NCBI GenBank assembly: GCA_951406725.2 | Contig: OX597817.1 | Location: 121,024,001-121,088,000, forward strand | From: Octopus vulgaris | Taxonomy: Eukaryota | Length of the DNA: 64,000 bases | Reading direction: 5' to 3' | In this document: positions 1 through 12,900 of the stretch, one piece after another | How positions within the stretch are numbered: position 1 is the stretch's first letter | Layout: every line of letters begins with the position of its first letter | Position numbers and translations under genes: made by a program | Notes under the pieces: model-generated | Database searches by the model: none | Told to the model about the DNA's origin: nothing | The model's input: the letters and a program-made list of their open reading frames with translations, nothing else

Positions 1-2
1 AT

Positions 3-200
3 TCCTATCCCAGTCTGTGGAAACATCTGAGATTTCTTTTGCCTACCTCATACCTGGTTGAATCTGGTTTTAACCTCGCTGGAACTTTGCTTTCCCATAA
101 AAGAATTGGACTGGACATGACACAAAGAGGAGATTTGTGGCTAAAGTTTGAAACCAAATGTTTCTGCACTAGCAGCATCGCACCAGACACATGGTTCTCA
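3..200 (+). mobile_element. hAT (Buster/Charlie-like) transposase C-terminal dimerization-domain remnant, cut by window edge
   Basis: Frame from 3 reads SYPSLWKHLRFLLPTSYLVESGFNLAGTLLSHKRIGLDMTQRGDLWLKFE, matching the FPTSYLVExGFS...KRNRLD..RGDLRL motif of Buster-type transposases. Confidence 0.75.
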
Positions 201-779
201 TTAAAAAGTTTTATTCTTTTCTAAACTAAACCCACAATAAGGGATTTGTAAAAAAACCACATATTTAGTACAAATAGCACTAACAGGGCAATGAGTCTAT
301 GATATAGTGTATGTGTCAAATGATACGGGGTAGTTAGGGGATTTTGTGTTGGGGGGCTGTGACAAGGTTTTTTTTTACACAGGTGGGCAATGGATGACGA
401 TGATGAACTTTATTTATGTTTTGCTTCTATATTATTGATTTCTTACCTGAAATTCATTTTGCATGATTTTTTTTCTTATTGTTATTTTACATGATTATTT
501 TTGGAAGTGACAACTATATTTGATAAAATCAGTTGCAATAAATTACTGGTACTTATTTGGAAAGTTATCTCCCAAAGAATTCTACACTCTGGAAGGTGTA
601 GATAAAATAAAACAGAATAACAGAGAATAATATGAATCTGTTATATTTTCTATTTTAAATATTTTTTCTGCCCTCAGAAATGGTATAAACAGCAACAAGA
701 ACCGGATGAACTTAACGAGTTAACATTTACGAAAAATAAAACCAGAAAGTATCATATTGAAAATTCATATATATTGTAA

Positions 780-1140
<361 letters not shown>

Positions 1141-1600
1141 TTATTCTGGTAGAGAAGCTTTAGCAGATGCATTTTTATTTTATATTTTCACATACAGACC
1201 CAAAGAGTTATCTGATGTAGCTTAAGTATCCAAAACCTAACAACACCAAAAACACATTAGACTAAACAGAAAGAAAAAAAAAATGTTAAAACTGAATTGG
1301 AGGAAAAGAATTGCTGGCACTTTATTTATTTATTTATTTATCTATGTATTTATTTATTTATTTATTTTCCTTTTAATTTAATTTGCCAAACAATGTTTGG
1401 TAAATCTCCAGCAGCATCTGTACCTCCTAAATGTTCTAATTCGATCAGAGCCATAAATCCTGCCAAAGAACCATTTTTATTCTGCTGAACTTGTTTTTCA
1501 TTTGAGTAAATCGAAATTGCATGGCTATTCTTTGAAGAATCAGTTCTCAAGTCATATAACAAGACACATAAAGGAACTGTAGGGAGATTCTAATCTGAAA

Positions 1601-1812
1601 GCTGTTGCTGCTGCTGCTGTAGCTGTTGCTACTGCTGCTGCTGCTGCTGCTACTATTCTAATTTACTATAAATACTACAGCTTGTACTGTTTTAGCTGCT
1701 GCTACTACTACCTCTACTACTACTACTACTACTGCTGCTGCTACAACAATACTACTGCTACTGCTACAATACTGCTACAATACTACTACTACTACAACAA
1801 CAACAACAAGTA
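1601..1812. repeat. Compound trinucleotide tract (CTG)n/(CTA)n/(CAA)n
   Basis: Direct reading. Confidence 0.9.
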
Positions 1813-2282
1813 CTGTGACTAAGTTGTTAGATGATTGGGTTTTACTTTATAATTTAGATTTTGAAACAAGCTTTGTTTTCTATTTGTGTGTGTGTGTGTT
1901 CATTCATTAATTTGTTTGCTTTACTTCTGTTTTATTTTCTACTAAAATGGATTAGACTAATACATATTACAGAGGAATTGTTTTACAGCTTCTCTGTCTT
2001 TAACCCTTACCTGTTTTTCTAATAAAGAAGTTTTTAATTGCACATGCCTACGGAAGTGCAAAGTTACCAGATTATTTGTTGACTGGGAAATACAAAAAAG
2101 AAACATTACCTATAAATTATGTAATGATGCTCATTACTTAACTTGTTGTTCCCCTGCTCATTTATATAATTTCTAATTACATTTTGTACTTCACTATGCA
2201 TTTTTCTGAAGCAAATGTATTTGAGTTCTAACACCAGATTATTAGCATTGCTATGTCTAAGTGAAATAGTATATATATATAT

Positions 2283-2625
2283 GCGTTCAGAACAATTTTT
2301 CTATCGTCTTGGCTTAACAGCCCTCACTGTTTGTTTTTACTGTTTTGTTCTCACTGTCTTATTCTTGTTACCACTTTCACTCTCCGCAAAAAATTCCAAA
2401 TTTTATGTAATTTGCTTTGCAGGAAGGATTGTTTCAACGAAGTCGCATCTTGTCCTTGCCTTCGAAAACGTGGAGTAGATGAAACAGGGACAACTGAAGA
2501 CGTATTCTTTATGTTGTATGTCTTGTTTCTCTGTTTGGTTTTTACGTTGTTCGAAAAAATGTTTGTTTCTATGATTTTGCTTTTATGTTTTTGTTTCTCA
2601 TTGTGTTTAACGTATTTTTTTGATG
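2283..2625 (+). mobile_element. Unclassified CpG-retaining element inserted in (TA)n, with two adjacent hairpins and a T-rich tail
   Basis: Flanked by TA repeats; CCGCAAA..TTTGCAGG and GAAGG..CCTTC stems followed by GAAA; same layout as 55243-55475. Confidence 0.45.
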
Positions 2626-2696
2626 CATGTATATATACATATATATGTAGATATGTACACATATGTATGTATATATGCATATATTTATATATTATT

Positions 2697-2756
<60 letters not shown>

Positions 2757-2779
2757 ACACACATCTATATAAACTTTTG

Positions 2780-3045
2780 ACAATATGCTGTACTTGGCAA
2801 GAAGACCCATCAGACCAAGTGAAATCACAGTCATGGCAGATACTGGTGTCACGCAACTGGCACCCATGCCAGTGGCACATGAAAGCACCCATTACCCTCT
2901 CAGAGTGGTAGGCAGAGTATCCAGCCAGAGAAACCATGCCAAATCAGACTGGAATCTGGTATAGCCCCTCAGCTTACTAGCCCTGGTCAAACCGTCCAAC
3001 CCATGCCCGCATGGACAATGGATGTTTAATGACGATGATGATGTT
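2780..3045 (+). mobile_element. SINE family C fragment (Meta-domain-like core, (GAT)n tail)
   Basis: Homologous to 41583-41793 and 47104-47287; ends CCGTCCAACCCATGC...GATGATGATG. Confidence 0.8.
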
Positions 3046-3137
3046 GATGAAATATATATATATATACATCATTTGCTTGTCTCAGTTATTCGTCTCTGGT
3101 TATGTTGAGGTACTGCCTTAAATTATTTATTCTTTTA

Positions 3138-3353
3138 TTCTTTTACTTGTTTCAGTCACTTGACTGCGGCCATGCTGGAGCATTACCTTCAAGAGTCTTT
3201 AGTCAAACAAGTCAACTCCAGTGCTTATTTTTTAAGTCTAGTATTTACTCTATTAGTCTCTTTGACCAGACTACTAAGTTACAGAGATGTAAACACACCA
3301 ACACTGGTTGTTGAGCAGTGATGGGGACAAGCACAAAGAAACACACACACACG

Positions 3354-3419
<66 letters not shown>

Positions 3420-3490
3420 GGCTTCTTTCAGTTTCTATCTCCCAAATCTACTCACAAGGCTTTGGCCGGCCCAAGGCTATAGTAGAAGGC
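3138..3490 (-). mobile_element. SINE family A, head-truncated
   Basis: Reverse complement of the 14902-15390 body (CAGTCA..TGACTGCGGCCATGCTGGAGCA, GGCTTCTTTCAGTTTC). Confidence 0.85.
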
Positions 3491-4327
3491 AACACCCTAG
3501 CCACTAAGCCATGTGCCTCCATGCACACATATGGCAGTCTTATACATTTTCTGTCTACCAAATCCACTCACTATATATGAATAGATGCAAACACATACAC
3601 TGTTAGTCTTTGCACAGTTTACCAAATTTCTTTCACAAAGCATTGCTTAATAGTAAGAAGTTAATTGTGGAAGACACTTGTTGAAGGTGCCATGCTACTG
3701 GATCAAACTAGAAACTATATGGTTGAGAGGCGAACATCTTAGCCATACAGGTATATAGCTGGATTTAAATAATGTAGGCGTCCAATTTTTTTCTAAATGT
3801 TTCTTTAAATTCACTTTCATAATACATTTTTCAAATATAGTCAAAGAGGGAGTAGGAGGAGCAAGAGAAGAAGCAGATGGAGGAGAGGAAAAAAAGCAAT
3901 GCCTATGATCTTTTCAAGTTCTCCCAGGCTGGTTAGACCATTGTTACTTAACCCTACAGCAGCTTTTATTAGACAAATCAGAAGCATTCCTGTAGAGACT
4001 ATCTTGCCTTTGTGTGTATCAAAGATTACATTGTTCAGGCTACCCTTTTTTTTTTATATTCTTTACCTTATTATGTGTGTGTTTTTTTTTATTCTTATGA
4101 TGTGATTGGAAGGAGCTTTAGCTGTTATTTCTAGTAATTTAGTGAACTGGGTAGAGTTATTTTATTGTTTCATGGCTGCTGATATAGATGGAGTTGATGT
4201 TCAACTTAAACATCTATAGGTCTGTGTCTGAAGGAAAGAAAAGTGTTTTCATGTTAAATAAAATAAAAAAAATACTTGCTCTCTTGTTCCAAAAATGTCT
4301 ATATGAATATGTATGTGTGAGCGTGTG

Positions 4328-4376
<49 letters not shown>

Positions 4377-4403
4377 AATATATATATATATACACTCACA
4401 AGT

Positions 4404-4442
<39 letters not shown>

Positions 4443-4879
4443 CATATATATATATATATTGTTGTCAAGATTTTATTATGGTATCTCCTGGGTGAATTGT
4501 TATTCAAAATTCAAGCATAGTTGTCTTTGTAATAAAATATGTTTAGATCTTGATGTTATTATTGTTATTGTTGTTTTGATATTTTTTTTTCCTAAATATA
4601 CTTTATTTAGTAGAGAGCTGATATAGGATTGCTCTGTTTCGTTTTTCCTTCGTTTTTCTTCTTTCTGTTATTGTTTTTGTTTTAATCCTGAAGCTACAAG
4701 TCTGTCATCTTTAAGCATGCCATTGTTACACTGTTGATCGATATACTCTTGCACGAAAGAAATGTTATGAATATCAAACAGAGGACCAAAAGCCCTTTGC
4801 AATCTAATAAGTACACTTGTGACCATGGAATTAGATTCATGATGGAGTGGACGCTTTATTGTTTCTATTTCAATAACTT

Positions 4880-5480
4880 GCTGTTTTGAGTTCAAATTCC
4901 ACTGAGTATGGATTTGCCTGTCTTACATCAATCTGGTATTGATAAATTAAGTACCGGTATTAAGCTATAAAGAACTCAATTGATTACAACCATTCCTTAC
5001 AAGAAAATTGGCTTTATGCCAAATAAAAAATTATTATTATTATTATTATTATTGTTGTTGTTGTTGTTGTTTTGAAGAGCTGGCAGAATCATTATTGTAC
5101 CAGACAAAATGCTCAGAGACATTTTTTCTGACTATGTGTTCTGAGTTCAAATTTCACCAAGAGCGACTTTGCTATCCATCTTTTTGGGGTTGATAAAATA
5201 AGTACCAGTTAAGCACTAGGGTTGACGTAATCGACTTATCACCTTCACTGAAACTGCTAGCCTTTTGCCAAAATCTGAAACCATTATTATTGTTTTAATA
5301 ATATTGTTAGAGCATCAGAAAATAATGTCTTGTAGCATTTGATCCAGCTCTTCATGCTCTGAGTTCAAATCTTATCAAAGTTAATTATACTTTTCATTCC
5401 TCTGGGTTCAATGAAATTAAGTCCCCTGTAATCTACTGGGGTTCAATTTATTGACTAAATCATTCCCCTCAAAATTGATG
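4880..5480 (+). repeat. Three head-to-tail degenerate copies of SINE family B
   Basis: GAGTTCAAAT...ATAAAWTAAGTACC block recurs near 4888, 5143 and 5361. Confidence 0.7.
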
Positions 5481-5684
5481 ATCTGTCAAAATTTGTCTGC
5501 TCTTTCTAGCAAGAAAGAGCAGAGAAATCTACCTTTCAAATTTACACACTACCATCCTAAAAAAGAAAAATGTAAGAGAGCTTATTGAACAAGGTAGTTT
5601 TTAAATATATGAAACAGGCAGAAAAGTGGTGTCCAGAAAATTTTTGATCATAGGTTTGTTTGATCAGAGATAGCTTGTGTCTAA

Positions 5685-6143
5685 TCCTTTGGCATTTAAA
5701 CCAGTCATATTTGGTTCAAATACACCTGTTTTATATTTAAATTGGGCTAGATCTGGCCTCCCACACCTACCCTACAATGTCATTCTGAAAACAAATAATC
5801 ATCATCATCTCATCTAAAGTCTGTTTTCCATGCTGGCATGGGTTGGCTGGCTTGACCACAGCTGGCAAGCTGTAGAGCTGCACCCAGCTCCAGTCTGATT
5901 TGGCATGGTTGCCCTTCCTTATGCCAACCACTTTACAGTGTGCTGGATGCTTTTACATGGCACCACACAAGCACTGCTACATGGAACTAGCTTGAGTACT
6001 TTTTATGTGGCACTGGCGCAGGACTCTTGCAGGTTAATCCCATTCCTAAAAATCTCAAACATATGAGATTTTGCATGATTAATTCAAGACAAATGTGAAT
6101 AAATAAGCATTAAATTTGATGGAATAATTTGAAAGCTAAAGGG
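5685..6143 (+). mobile_element. piggyBac-type MITE interrupted by a family C SINE (about 5800-6030, minus)
   Basis: Ends (T)CCTTTGGCATT / AAAGCTAAAGGG; CTAA on both flanks (5681-5684, 6144-6147); body homologous to 6594-6811. Confidence 0.7.
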
Positions 6144-6593
6144 CTAAATTCAATGCGACCATAACTATAAAGTTGAGCTGCTTCATTGCATAGTCTTAAA
6201 GTCCAAATCCTGCAACTGCCATTGCCATGGTTTCTGAGCAAACCACCTAACCTTATTTGTTTTAGTCAGTTTGTGCTTGACCGAACAAGAACAAAAAAAA
6301 ATTTTTTAACAAAAATGAGGTTTCATTCCTATTTCATAGTTGAATAGTTTTCAATAAGAAAGGCATTCAACTGTAAAAATAATTGCTCCAGCAAATAAAT
6401 AATCCAGCAATCATGCAAGCGTAGAAAAATTAATACAAAGTAGTGAAAAAAATAAACAAATAAATGAAAAAAATAAATGGAAAAAAAAAGCACTTTACTA
6501 TATTGAAATCATGGAATAATTATTACTCTCTTTATACCAAAAAAAAAAAGATGGGGATAATTTTGTCATTAAAGTTTTTATTCCCTATTTTAA

Positions 6594-6811
6594 CCCTTTG
6601 GTTTTGAAACCGGTTGTATCTGGCCTAAATATTCTGCCTGTTTTATGTTCAGATCAGTCAGATCTGGTCTCTCACACCTACCCTACAACGTCATTGTTAT
6701 ATTAAATAATCACATCATTGAAGTTTTGAAGTTACAAAATAATGTATAATTAATTCAAAACACTGAATAAATAAGCATTACATTTGGCAGAGTAACCTGA
6801 ATACTAAAGGG
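6594..6811 (+). mobile_element. piggyBac-type MITE, about 218 bp
   Basis: TTAA-CCCTTT ... AAAGGG-TTAG termini; three copies in window. Confidence 0.75.
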
Positions 6812-6844
6812 TTAGGGCAACAAATTTGGATGAAAGCACTTTGG

Positions 6845-7060
6845 TTTCTTTTTCTTGTTTCAGTCATTAGACTGTGGCCATGCCTTGAAGAATTTTATTT
6901 GAATGAATTGAGACAAGTACTTGTTATGTTTTGTAAAACCTGGTGCCTGGTACCTATACTTTTGCTCTCTTTTGCTGAACTGCTAAGTTAGGGGCATATA
7001 AACATGCCAACCCCATTTGTCAAATGGTGGTGGGAACAAACACATGCACAAAGATACACC

Positions 7061-7095
<35 letters not shown>

Positions 7096-7252
7096 CAGGC
7101 TTCTTTCAGTTTCCATCTACCAAATCCACTCACAAGGCTTTGGTCAGCCCAAGTCTATAGAAGAAGATGCTTGCCAATGGTGACGTGCAGTGAGACTGAA
7201 CCTGGAACCATGTGGTTGGCAAGCAAACTTCTTATCACACAGCCACACCTGC
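6845..7252 (-). mobile_element. SINE family A
   Basis: Full body with tRNA-like head ending CACACAGCCACACCTGCACC. Confidence 0.85.
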
Positions 7253-7283
7253 ACCTAACATTCATTAATTAAATTATTAAAAT

Positions 7284-7284
7284 G

Positions 7285-7370
<86 letters not shown>

Positions 7371-7390
7371 CATCATCATCATCATCATCC
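7284..7390. repeat. (ATA)n followed by (ATC)n microsatellite
   Basis: Direct reading. Confidence 0.97.
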
Positions 7391-8230
7391 TCATACCTCC
7401 CTGCCATCATCATTGTCATTATCATCATCATTTTAATGTCCACTTTTCCAGGCTTGCATGGGTAAGACAGAATTTGTTCAGGCAGATATTTTATGGTAAG
7501 ATGCCCTTAATTTCTCTAGCCCTCACCAGTTTCCAAGCTTCATAATAATTCTCCATGGTAGGACATATTTGCCTAGTTCCCATCTACCAGAACCACTCAC
7601 AAAGCTTCGGTTGATGTGGAGACTATAGTAAAAGACACTTGCTCAAGGTGCCATGCAGTGAGAATGAACTCAAAACCATGTAGCTGAGAAGCAAATTTCT
7701 TAACCATACAGCCATGGCTGTGCTTTATTTTGGTTGGACAAGATCCATTCTCATCTGCATTGTCTTTATTTTCTGAAAATTTCCAAAAATAATTGATTTT
7801 ATTGGATTTATCTCTCTTGTTTGTTACTTTTAGATTTTAAACACATTCTAGATAGAGATATTGTTTACTGACCGTGTAAATAATGTCAGTTTTACAACTA
7901 AATTATATTACGTATGTCAAACTCTACTCGAAACACAACTATTGTTTATAATTCTGACCCCAGTATATTTCTAATACTTATTTTATAAAAATGAAAGGAA
8001 TTTTATTCTTGGTTTAAACTGAAAAGAAGTGAAAGAAAGAAGGAGAGAAAGAACACTGCACAAAATTATCTATCATAAATAAACATCAGGATTGATTGAT
8101 TTTGTAGCGTATGCTCTAATTTTAAGCCCAAGATTTCTATAGGAAACAGGGTTATCGATAACTATTACCAAAAAATTGCATCAATAAATTTTAATATGTA
8201 GTGTTTTTCTTTTGATAAAATAATCATGCT

Positions 8231-8550
8231 TTAACCTTTTATCATTTTTTAGTGAAATACACTGCTCACATATTTCAATTAATTTTCAAAATAATCAAGA
8301 ATTTTCAGGGATTTAATAAAACCCCTCTGATACTAGTATGCTTGTGATCACTACTGATTCTGTGATGGAAGCTTTCTGTTTTAAAGCGATCTCACTTAAA
8401 ACCTCCTGTTTAAATTTCATGTTAATTTATGTTTCAAACACTGGCAAAACTATTTTATTAAACTATTTTATTAAATTTTTCGTTGTTTTCAAATATTAAT
8501 TGAAACAAAGGCAGTGTGGTTTAACAGAAATATGTTAACGAAAGAGATAA
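8231..8550. mobile_element. Degenerate long-TIR MITE
   Basis: Left arm TTAACC..GAAATACACTGC..TTTCAATTAATTTTCAAAATAA is the inverse of right arm TTGTTTTCAAATATTAATTGAAACAAAGGCAGTGTG; related fragment near 61730-61980. Confidence 0.55.
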
Positions 8551-9282
8551 GCTGTTGTTTGGTACATAACTTGAAAGACTTTTAAATAAAAATCATAAAA
8601 TGTGAGGTATTGTATCATAGGACAAGATAGGGTCCTGGGAAGGTTACTCTAGAAAGAGCAAAGTAATCCTGCCAAACTGTCTGATTGATCTTCGGTGTCT
8701 TATTTAATAGAACAAGCAAAAGAGAGTACAATATATAAGCATGGACGTCTAATTTGATAAAGTATTTCAATACAAGCAACCAAGTGTTCAGCTGTTCATA
8801 TCTTCCTCTTAATGCATTAGTCTTGATATGTAATTTACAAATTGTTTCCATCTATGTCTATGCAGCTGGTATATTTTGCTGCTGTAAACACTGAGAGCAC
8901 TGAAAATTCCACTCTAAGTTTCATTGCTCTATAGTGCTGAGTTCGGTTCCTGTCTTCAGAAACATCTACCTAAACATTTACCTTCAGTATACTGGCAAAC
9001 GTTTCATCAACCAGAAGATTTGAACTCAGAACATAAAGAACAAAACAAATACCACAAAGAATTTTGTCCTGTGTTCTAATGATTCTGTTAACCCTACTAC
9101 ACTGAATTGATACTTTATTTTGTAGACCCCAGAAGGATGACTGGTAAAATTGACCTCAGCAAGATTTAAACTCAATATAAAGAACCAGCACAAATACTAA
9201 CTGCACAGTATTTTGCCCTATGTTCTAATGATTTAATCAGTATACCACTCTGGATTGATTCTGTATTTAATAAACCCTATAA

Positions 9283-10721
9283 CAGGATTGACAAAGTGGG
9301 CCATATTGACCCTAGTGGAGTCTATGTGGATGTCCCAGGATTTCATAAATACTTAAAACAGTTTTGAGCATTAGAGGTGCTGAATTATCAGCAAACTGTT
9401 TTTTTTTCCAGCATGAATAAGATTCTATTGGGTTGTCTGGAAATTTTGTGACGATTTTTAAAGGAAAGGAAAAGGTCAATAAATACTTGCCATTACCTTT
9501 TTTAATCAACCACATATGAACCGTTTTGTTGCTCAATACGTCTCCATTGTCCTTTAACTTGAAAATACCCTCTTCCCAGAATTGAAGTGGTGTCATGGCA
9601 AAGAATTCAAGGTATCTTTTGCCATCCAAGGAATTGAAATTTTTACCATTAAGACTATTCTGCAGAGACCTGAATAAGTGGAAATCTGAAGGAGCAATAT
9701 CTGGTGAATATGGAGGGTAGGGTAACACATCCCAGCTGAGCTGCAGCAATTTTTGTCTGGTTCCCAAAGCATCAAGTGCCGAAAATGAACTTTCTTATCT
9801 TCCATTTTAAAGGATTACAGGATTTACACAGGTTATAGGAACATAAACCTTCTTCCACGAAAAGATAGCTTAAACTGTGCTCTAAATGGAGGTGTAGTCA
9901 AATCCTATTTTATGGACTCAACCATGTTCTAAAATAAGTCGAAAGGTAAGCTACTATAAATCGACATGAACTTTCTGGACAACCCAATATTTACAAAAAT
10001 GCATTTGAAATTCGATATAGAAATGCAGAAATGCAAAATACTTAGGAAGATCATGTTACTGGCATAAATCACCTGTGTATGATGTCAACTAGCTGTTTGA
10101 CTTGGAAATAGAAGATGCAAACATTGAGTCCAAGTTACAAGATGAGCGCTTTGATATGTGTATGGATCTTAAAGCTGAATTTTTATTTAAAAGCAAAAGT
10201 CTGAGTAAATTACTGAAGCAATAGAAATACCAAAAATAAGTACCTCAAGCTTAGTGCAGCAGTTAAATCCTTTTATTTTATGTTTCCAAGTTTCTGTGTG
10301 GTTAAGTGATTTTTAGCCATGCAAATTCACTTTTAACAGAGAGAAATGGAATGAATCTACATGAGGATGGTAATTTAAAACTAAAACTCACTGATTTCCA
10401 ACCAAATATTGATGCAATAACTAATATTTACTGAACAGATGTTTCACATTAAGTATTCTGACTGTATCAATATAATATACGACTGAATTTTTATTGTTCT
10501 TTATCAATTTCACTTTGCAATTTTGTTGAATTTCTTAAAATATTTCTTATTAAAAAGTAGTAATGACACAAAAGAATGATAGAATTATTGCTTTTAAATC
10601 AAGAAATTTTTCCTTAATTCTACATTTTTAATTTCATTTTAGAAATTTACATGATCTAGGTCAGTAAGTTATCAAAGATTCCACAAAGGGATCAATGATA
10701 TCAGAAGTTTGCCGATCCCTG
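9283..10721 (+). mobile_element. Non-autonomous hAT (Buster/Charlie) element with transposase C-terminal remnant
   Basis: TIRs CAGGATTGACAAAGT (9283) and AGTTTGCCGATCCCTG (10706-10721); 8-bp flanks CCCTATAA / CCCAAGAA; 10095-10420 decodes with frameshifts to FDLEIEDANIESKLQDE..KYLKLSAAVKSFYFMFPS..FSHANSLLTERNGMNLHEDGNLKLKLTDFQPNID. Confidence 0.8.
9428..9987 (-). mobile_element. Internally deleted mariner transposon, 560 bp
   Basis: TA-flanked imperfect TIRs of about 30 bp (TTGGGTTGTCTGGAAATTTTGTGACGATTT / AAATCGACATGAACTTTCTGGACAACCCAA); N-terminus MEDKKVHFRHLMLWE fused to TRQKLLQLSWDVLPYPPYSPDIAPSDFHLFRSLQN (YSPDLAPSD motif). Confidence 0.93.
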
Positions 10722-12318
10722 CCCAAGAAAGATGAAATACATAATTAACCCTCAACAAGACTTGAACTCACAATGTAAAGAGCCACAAGATATTTTGTTC
10801 TATGCTATAAATGATTCTGTCAATTCACTACCTGGAAGGTTGCTTTATTTTATTGTCACCAGAAGGATGAAATGTAAAGTTGGCCTTTGTGGGATTCAAA
10901 GTCAGAATGTTAAGTGTTGGAACAAATATCTCAGAGCCATTTTGTCCAACACTTCAATGATTCTGTCACTCTGTTGCCTGTTTTATTCACCTAGATACTC
11001 TGTGACTGTTACTATGTCTCTCACCTTTTATTCTTGTGGAAGATACAGCTACATATGTTTGCTGTCTTTTTCATGACACATGAGCTTAAATTCTATTTGT
11101 TAGCCTTCTTTATCTTTTCTTTTGAGTTTAAGGAATACAATTTAAAAAGTATGGAATAAACAAAACCAATAACAACCCTATCATCTAGTTGCTAAAACTA
11201 GCAGAAAGAGATGAGAGAGTGAGAGAGAGAGAGAGAGAGAGATGTTTGCTTGTGATTTTTTTATCTGTACAATATCTCAATGTAAATAGATATTGTATTA
11301 ATGCTTTGGATTTAGTTTCTATTTTTAGCCTGACATATTTGGCTATGGAAATAAAAGAACAACAGTAATAAAACGCCAAACCAGAGACATGTATATCATA
11401 TTCAGCTTTGATTACCACACACACACACACACACACATACACTCACAGACACAGACACACACACATGCACATAAGGAAACATTTTGCATCACCATATGAA
11501 CATTGTCTCCCTATATTTCTCACTATCTTTTATGCACGCAATAAAGCATACGCATATGAATTAACACAGACACACTCAAATACATGCATATACAAATAAA
11601 GACAGGTGCAAATGCAGAGGCATTGAATCAGATCTATGCACATACATACACAAGACACACCTGCACATACATGCACAAGACACACACACACACAAGTACA
11701 GACACATGTATGTGTGTATACACATAAATACACGGAAGAACCCAATCATAAAGTCATACACTGATTTATCATGGACCTTACATATACACACTTACTATAT
11801 CACACAAGCTTACACCTGCATACACACATACACATATATACATACATACACACACAAATAAATCAAATTCTATCCAAACACTTTTTCTACATGCTCTATT
11901 TGACATGTTTCTTCAGATAGTGTTATTAATTCTTTGCTGTGAAAGTTGGTCTTGCGAATCGGTGAGTTTTAGTAGAAATTTATGCTAAATTTATGCTGAG
12001 AGTTACTTTTATTAGAAATGTATGTTTGAAAATTTCTATGATGGTATCTCACAAGAAATGACTTACTTCAGGATGATATCGCACATGTGTACATACATTC
12101 AATATATATATATATACATACGCATACACACACACACATATAATTATATATACACATATAAATATATGCATATATACACATATGAATATACATATATATG
12201 AATGTTTATATATATATATATATACATACATACATACATATATATGTATATATATATATACATATATGTATGTTTTTATTTATATATACATATATATATA
12301 TATGTATGTATACGTATG

Positions 12319-12375
<57 letters not shown>

Positions 12376-12419
12376 GTTTATTTTCATTTCATCTCTTTCT
12401 TCTTTTTCAAATGGTATGG

Positions 12420-12900
12420 ATCTTGTTATTGTTGTTGCTGGTGTTGGTGGTGTTGGTGGTGGTGGTGGTGTCAAAAAAAATTTTGGTTGTTTTACTTATT
12501 TGTTTAAGATATGGGGGATAGGGGAGTTTTTCTTTCTTTCTCTCTGCCTGCACTTCCTTTTCATGGTGTTAGTTAAATATTTATATTTTGTTTGGATTCT
12601 GATGTTGTTGTTGTTGGTGGTGGTGGTGGCAGTGTCAAGATACTTTTGGTTGTTTTTTTTTTGTTGTTTTCTCGGTGGTGGTCGTGGTGGTGTTGTTGGA
12701 GTTCCCATCTCCAATACCATTTTCATGGTGCTATTTAATATTTATTTATATCTTGTTTGGATTTTGTTGATGTTGTTGGTGTCAAGATGATGATATTTGG
12801 CTGTTTATTTAGAAGGAAGCAGGGGGCAGAGGGTTCCTCCCATCTCGTATTTTTTTATGGTGCTAGTTTAATATTTAGATCTTGTTGCTATCATTGTTCT
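12420..12900. repeat. Degenerate tandem repeat, about 3 units of 140-160 bp containing (GTT/GGT)n
   Basis: TTTTCATGGTGYTA..AATATTTA..TTGTTTGGATT..GTGTCAAGAT..TTTGGYTGTTT recurs near 12560, 12720 and 12855. Confidence 0.7.

Larger units (their letters stand above)
9005..10980 (-). repeat. Tandem array of about 120-bp SINE-B head units (9005-9282 and 10722-10980), split by a hAT insertion
   Basis: CAGAAGGATGA..TTGACCTC..GATTTGAACTCA..TATTTTGTCC..AATGATTCTG recurs on both sides of the hAT. Confidence 0.7.

Noticed and set aside
440-460. Minus-strand TTTCAG|GTAAG as a second recursive site
   Set aside because: No pyrimidine tract upstream
4694-4890. Plus-strand acceptor followed by about 65 open codons (YKSVIFKHAIVTLLIDILL...)
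   Set aside because: No convincing donor, no recognisable homology, and the frame runs into a SINE fragment
7255-7545. Poly-I / poly-Y ORFs (also 38222-38557)
   Set aside because: (ATA)n and (ATT)n repeats
9312-9767. 151-aa ORF as a functional transposase or SETMAR-like gene
   Set aside because: Most of the DNA-binding and catalytic domains are deleted and the ORF runs out through the TIR
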